Assembly (NCBI GenBank): GCA_045533905.1 | Contig: JAZSIR010000013.1 | Coordinates: forward strand, 12,392 to 76,391 | Direction of reading: 5' to 3' | DNA length: 64,000 nt | Origin: Clostridia bacterium | GTDB lineage: Bacteria > Bacillota > Clostridia > UMGS1883 > UMGS1540 | Shown here: one piece after another, positions 59,996-64,000 of the stretch | Numbering within the stretch: the first letter of the stretch is position 1 | Layout of the letters: the number at the start of each line of letters is the position of its first letter | Translations under genes and position numbers: made by a program | Notes under the pieces: generated by a model | Seen by the model: the letters and a program-made list of their open reading frames with translations, nothing else | The model's database searches: none | Told to the model about the DNA's origin: nothing

Positions 59996-60862
59996 ATGGA
60001 ACACGAGTTTTCAAACGCGCAACGCGCAGAGGTGCTTACGCAGGCACTTCCTTACATACAGCAGTATAACGGCAAAGTTGTCGTTATCAAATACGGCGGC
60101 AATGCTATGATTAACGAGCATTTAAAAGAGCAGGTTATGGAAGACATTGTGCTTCTCTCGCTCATCGGCGTAAAAACCGTGCTCGTACACGGCGGCGGTC
60201 CTGAAATCAGCGAAACGATGGAAAAACTCGGCAAGAAAGCCGTGTTTGTGGACGGTCTCCGCGTTACCGATAAAGAAACAATTGATGTCGTGCAGATGGT
60301 GCTCGCAGGCAAAGTCAATAAGAGCCTTGTAAACCTTCTCGAAATGAAGGGCGGCAATGCGATGGGCCTTTCCGGCATTGACGGACGCCTTATTGAGGCA
60401 AAAGTGAAAAACGAAAAGCTCGGCTTTGTAGGTGCAATTACGGGCGTCAATATCGCACCGGTAACGGACCTTTTGGAAAAAGGGTACATTCCCGTAATCT
60501 CCACCGTCGGGTGCGATACGGAGGGCAATACCTATAATATCAACGGCGATACCGCCGCGGCCTTCATCGCTGGGGCACTCGGCGCGGAGCGTCTTATTAT
60601 GATGACCGATATCGCCGGCATTTTGCGCGATAAGGATGACCCCGCCACGCTCATTCCCGAGCTTACCGTAGGGGAAGCCGAAAAACTCAAAGGCGAAGGG
60701 ATTATCTCGGGCGGCATGATTCCGAAGGTAGACTGCTGCATTGAAGCGATTGACAAGGGCGTAAAGAACGTCATTATCATGGACGGCCGCGTTCCGCATT
60801 CCATCCTGATGGAAATTTTGACGGACGAAGGTGCCGGCACTATGGTACGGGGAGGAAAGTAA
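59996..60862 (+). CDS. argB: Acetylglutamate kinase
   Basis: VIKYGGNAM, VHGGGP, DGLRVT, NINGD, GGMIPK. Confidence 0.97.
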   Translation: MEHEFSNAQRAEVLTQALPYIQQYNGKVVVIKYGGNAMINEHLKEQVMEDIVLLSLIGVKTVLVHGGGPEISETMEKLGKKAVFVDGLRVTDKETIDVVQMVLAGKVNKSLVNLLEMKGGNAMGLSGIDGRLIEAKVKNEKLGFVGAITGVNIAPVTDLLEKGYIPVISTVGCDTEGNTYNINGDTAAAFIAGALGAERLIMMTDIAGILRDKDDPATLIPELTVGEAEKLKGEGIISGGMIPKVDCCIEAIDKGVKNVIIMDGRVPHSILMEILTDEGAGTMVRGGK

Positions 60863-60863
60863 G

Positions 60864-62042
60864 ATGGCAAACATTCGCGAACTGGATACACAATTTGTAG
60901 CGGGCACATATGCCCGCTTTCCTGTCACACTGAAAGAGGGCAAAGGCTCCCTGCTTTGGGACGAGGATGGGAAAGAATATATTGATATGGGCACAGGCAT
61001 TGCCGTAAACTGCTTCGGCGCGTGCGACGAAGAATGGGTGGCGGCCACAAGCGCCCAGCTTTCGAAATTACAGCATACGTCAAACCTTTATTATACGGAG
61101 CCGTGCGCTCGCCTTGCGGCGATACTTGCGGAGAAAACGGGCTGCAAAAAAGTGTTCTTCGGAAACTCGGGCGCCGAGGCAAACGAATGTGCCATCAAAG
61201 TGGCAAGAAAGTATGCGGCGGAGAAAAAGGGCGAAGAATATTATACGATTGTAACGCTCGAAAATAGCTTCCACGGCAGAACCTTAACCACGCTTGCCGC
61301 AACAGGGCAGGCGCATTATCACGAGCTTTTCCAGCCGCTCACACCGGGCTTTATTCATACGCCGGCAAATGATATCGAAAGTATGAAAAAGGTGCTTTCG
61401 GAAAATCCCGTGGCGGCCGTAATGCTCGAATGTGTGCAGGGCGAAGGCGGCGTTTTGCCGCTTACCGCAGAATTCGTAAAAGAAACCGCGGCGCTTTGCC
61501 GCGAGAAGGATATTCTTCTCATTATCGATGAGGTACAAACCGGCAACGGCAGAACAGGGAAGCTCTATGCCTATATGCACTATGGCATAACGCCCGATAT
61601 TGTTTCTACCGCAAAAGGTCTCGGCGGCGGTCTCCCGATTGGCGCGGCACTTCTGTTTGAAAAGGTGGCCGACGTTTTAAAACCGGGTGATCACGGTTCC
61701 ACGTTTGGCGGCAACCCCGTAGCCGCGGCAGGCGGCGTGAGCATTCTCTCGCGAATTGACGATGCGCTTCTTTCTGAAGTGGAAGAAAAAAGCCGCTATA
61801 TTTTCGAAACGCTTCGCGGCAAAGAAGGCGTTATCGATGTCAGCGGTATGGGATTTATGATTGGTATTAAAACCGAAAAGCCGGCAGGGGATGTGGTACG
61901 CGCTGCACGCGAGGCAGGTGTCCTTTGCCTTACGGCAAAAGATAAAGTGCGGCTTTTGCCGGCACTCAATATCCCGATGCCGCTTCTTGAAAAGGCCATC
62001 GGTATCATTTTGGAAGCGATAAAAGGAGGAGAAACCGAATGA
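60864..62042 (+). CDS. argD: Acetylornithine aminotransferase
   Basis: [31 protein letters not shown]. Confidence 0.95.
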   Translation: MANIRELDTQFVAGTYARFPVTLKEGKGSLLWDEDGKEYIDMGTGIAVNCFGACDEEWVAATSAQLSKLQHTSNLYYTEPCARLAAILAEKTGCKKVFFGNSGAEANECAIKVARKYAAEKKGEEYYTIVTLENSFHGRTLTTLAATGQAHYHELFQPLTPGFIHTPANDIESMKKVLSENPVAAVMLECVQGEGGVLPLTAEFVKETAALCREKDILLIIDEVQTGNGRTGKLYAYMHYGITPDIVSTAKGLGGGLPIGAALLFEKVADVLKPGDHGSTFGGNPVAAAGGVSILSRIDDALLSEVEEKSRYIFETLRGKEGVIDVSGMGFMIGIKTEKPAGDVVRAAREAGVLCLTAKDKVRLLPALNIPMPLLEKAIGIILEAIKGGETE

Positions 62043-63031
62043 ATATGCAGGATTTTAAAGGCAGAAGCTTTTTGACATTACTCGATTATTCACCCGAGGA
62101 AATTTCGTTTTTACTTGACCTTTCCGCAAAGCTGAAGGACGAGAAGAAGAAGGGCATCCCGCACCGCCTCTTTGAAGGAAAGAATATAGCCCTCGTATTT
62201 GAAAAAACAAGCACGCGTACGCGCTGTGCTTTTGAAGTTGCCGCGGCGGACCTTGGTATGCACCCTGTGTATCTCGATCCCTCCGGCTCGCAAATCGGCA
62301 AAAAGGAAAGTATTGCCGATACCGCGCGCGTACTCGGCAGAATGTTTGACGGTATCGAGTACCGTGGCTTCGGGCAGGAAATTGTGGAAGACCTTGCAAA
62401 ATACGCAGGCGTTCCTGTATGGAACGGTCTTACAAACGAATATCATCCAACCCAGATCCTGGCCGACATTTTAACGATTCAGGAACATCTCGGTGACCTT
62501 CGCGACAAAAAGCTCGTGTATATGGGCGACGCGCGATACAATATGGGCAATTCCCTGATGATCGGCTGTGCCAAAATGGGGATGCATTTTGTAGCGTGCG
62601 CACCGAAAGCCTATTTCCCGAGTGCCGACCTTGTAGAAAAGTGTCAGGCTATCGCGGGAGAAACGGGTGCTACGCTCACTTTTGAGGAAGACCCGATGGC
62701 AGCGACACAGGGCGCCGATGTGATCTACACAGACGTATGGGTATCGATGGGCGAGCCGGAATCTGTCTGGAAAGAGAGAATCGAAGCACTTTCGCCCTAT
62801 AGCGTTACCGAGGGAATTATGAAAAATGCAGGCGAAGGTTGCCGCTTTATGCATTGCCTCCCGGCGTTTCACGATCTGAAAACGAAAATCGGCAAAGAAA
62901 TTTATGAAAAATTCGGCATTGACCATATGGAGGTCTCGGACGCTGTGTTCGAAGGACCGCAGTCCATCGTGTTCGATGAAGCGGAAAACCGTATGCACAC
63001 CATCAAAGCCGTTATGGCGGCTACGTTGTGA
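62039..63031 (+). CDS. argF: Ornithine carbamoyltransferase
   Basis: STRTR, HPTQ, DVWVSMG, HCLP, AENR. Confidence 0.97.
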   Translation: MNMQDFKGRSFLTLLDYSPEEISFLLDLSAKLKDEKKKGIPHRLFEGKNIALVFEKTSTRTRCAFEVAAADLGMHPVYLDPSGSQIGKKESIADTARVLGRMFDGIEYRGFGQEIVEDLAKYAGVPVWNGLTNEYHPTQILADILTIQEHLGDLRDKKLVYMGDARYNMGNSLMIGCAKMGMHFVACAPKAYFPSADLVEKCQAIAGETGATLTFEEDPMAATQGADVIYTDVWVSMGEPESVWKERIEALSPYSVTEGIMKNAGEGCRFMHCLPAFHDLKTKIGKEIYEKFGIDHMEVSDAVFEGPQSIVFDEAENRMHTIKAVMAATL

Positions 63032-63048
63032 TTGAGAAGAAAAGAGAA

Positions 63049-63139
63049 TGCAGGGGGAAACTTTTTCGCGAGAAAAACATCGCAACGTTCCGTTGCTACG
63101 GAAATATTTCGCAAGCGAAATATTACGTTTCCCCCTGCA
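63049..63139. repeat. Nested inverted-repeat element (four-way junction)
   Basis: TGCAGGGGGAAAC/GTTTCCCCCTGCA outer stem enclosing three internal hairpins. Confidence 0.75.
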
Positions 63140-63212
63140 CCCCCTTCAAAAACCTTCGCAAAAAATGGTTAAAACAGAATCGTGCGTTTACGGACGGACG
63201 GCAGTGTTGTTT

Positions 63213-63237
63213 GAGCTCTCTCGCAGGGCTCTTTTTT
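63213..63237 (+). terminator. Probable intrinsic terminator
   Basis: GAGCTCT...AGGGCTC-TTTTTT. Confidence 0.6.
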
Positions 63238-63312
63238 GCCCTCTTGCAAAACTTTCCTTTGTGTGTTATAATAAAAATATACCATTATTAATTTTACAAA
63301 AGGAGGATATCT

Positions 63313-64000
63313 ATGAAAAAAGTTGTTGCATTGATGCTCGCGACTCTGTTTTTGTTCACACTCTCCTCTTGTTTTTTGTTCGGTGATATGACCACTCATC
63401 CCGATATGGTGGAATACACCGAGGACGAGGTTTTGGAGGTCGCCAAAAACAAATACGGCATTGCCGAGTGGGTATTTACCGGCACGGAGATTCGCGGCAA
63501 AGCGTTGTATGATGCCGAAGGAGCTTTCAAGCTTGAATTTTATGACGACGGTCAGTTTAGCACCGAATTTGTGGGCGGCGACAACATTGAGGCAGCTATG
63601 AAAGCCTTTGCAGGCAAGAACGGAAATCACGATGTACAAGGCATGTACTCTGCTTTTCTTTGCTACGTTGCGCTTGGCAAATGCGCCGACGGTTCTTTGA
63701 AATTCGTCTATTACAACACCAACATACACAAGGATGCAAAGATTGACGAAACGATTGGCGCGTCCGACTACACCTTTGAGGTGTTACCCACCGAGATTAC
63801 AAATGAGCTTTTTTCGGTTGATCCAAAATGGACGAGTATGCAGCTGTTCTTGAATGACTATAAGGACGGTCATCCCCGTGGCTTCTATTATTCGGGCAGG
63901 CGATTGACAATACGGCGTAACCAAACGACATATAGCTTTGTTGAATTTCAGTATTATAAGGAAAAAGGCGAGGTCGTTTACGATATTTACTACACGAAGG
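63313..64000 (+). CDS. Hypothetical lipoprotein (runs off the window end)
   Basis: AGGAGG SD; MKKVVALMLATLFLFTLSSC signal peptide with lipobox; frame open to the window end; TTGCAA-N17-TATAAT upstream. Confidence 0.8.
   Translation, partial: MKKVVALMLATLFLFTLSSCFLFGDMTTHPDMVEYTEDEVLEVAKNKYGIAEWVFTGTEIRGKALYDAEGAFKLEFYDDGQFSTEFVGGDNIEAAMKAFAGKNGNHDVQGMYSAFLCYVALGKCADGSLKFVYYNTNIHKDAKIDETIGASDYTFEVLPTEITNELFSVDPKWTSMQLFLNDYKDGHPRGFYYSGRRLTIRRNQTTYSFVEFQYYKEKGEVVYDIYYTK

Noticed and set aside
63049-63139. tRNA or tRNA pseudogene
   Set aside because: Cloverleaf-like shape, but no TTC(G/A)A T-loop, D-loop GG, 7-nt anticodon loop or CCA.
63028-63386. Short ORFs 63028-63291 and 63048-63386
   Set aside because: They run through the repeat element, terminator and promoter; no coding support.

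Overview
Core-genome window from a Clostridia-class Firmicute (inferred from gene content and order). It carries secDF/yajC, thrS-sua5-LMW phosphatase-rimI, rpsU, tRNA-Lys(CUU), CPA2 and ClC transporters, a G5/3D cell-wall protein, the complete S10-spc-alpha ribosomal supercluster (rpsJ to rplQ), nfo and a LexA-like repressor, a long metK-recD2-comF-miaA-yggS-sepF-divIVA-ileS-lspA-rluD run, secG-rnr-smpB-DUF512-der-plsY-gpsA, and argCJBDF. The one clearly accessory segment is a ~3.4 kb AT-rich cassette (27285-30670) directly after rplQ. It is bounded by 41-bp imperfect inverted repeats and has no transposase or integrase. It holds a REP-like hairpin pair, a promoter overlapped by two palindromic operators, a 59-aa Arc-like ribbon-helix-helix gene missing from the ORF track, and a BcgI-like (Type IIB) restriction-modification pair. 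Other notable items: a TetM/EF-G-like GTPase fused to a YacP/Rae1-type NYN RNase lying divergent to secG-rnr-smpB, an RNase R that appears to lack its cold-shock domains, a histidine phosphatase-DUF362-ferredoxin fusion, thrS and ileS without room for T-boxes, and a four-way-junction inverted-repeat element after argF. All calls are by eye from motifs and synteny; no searches were run.
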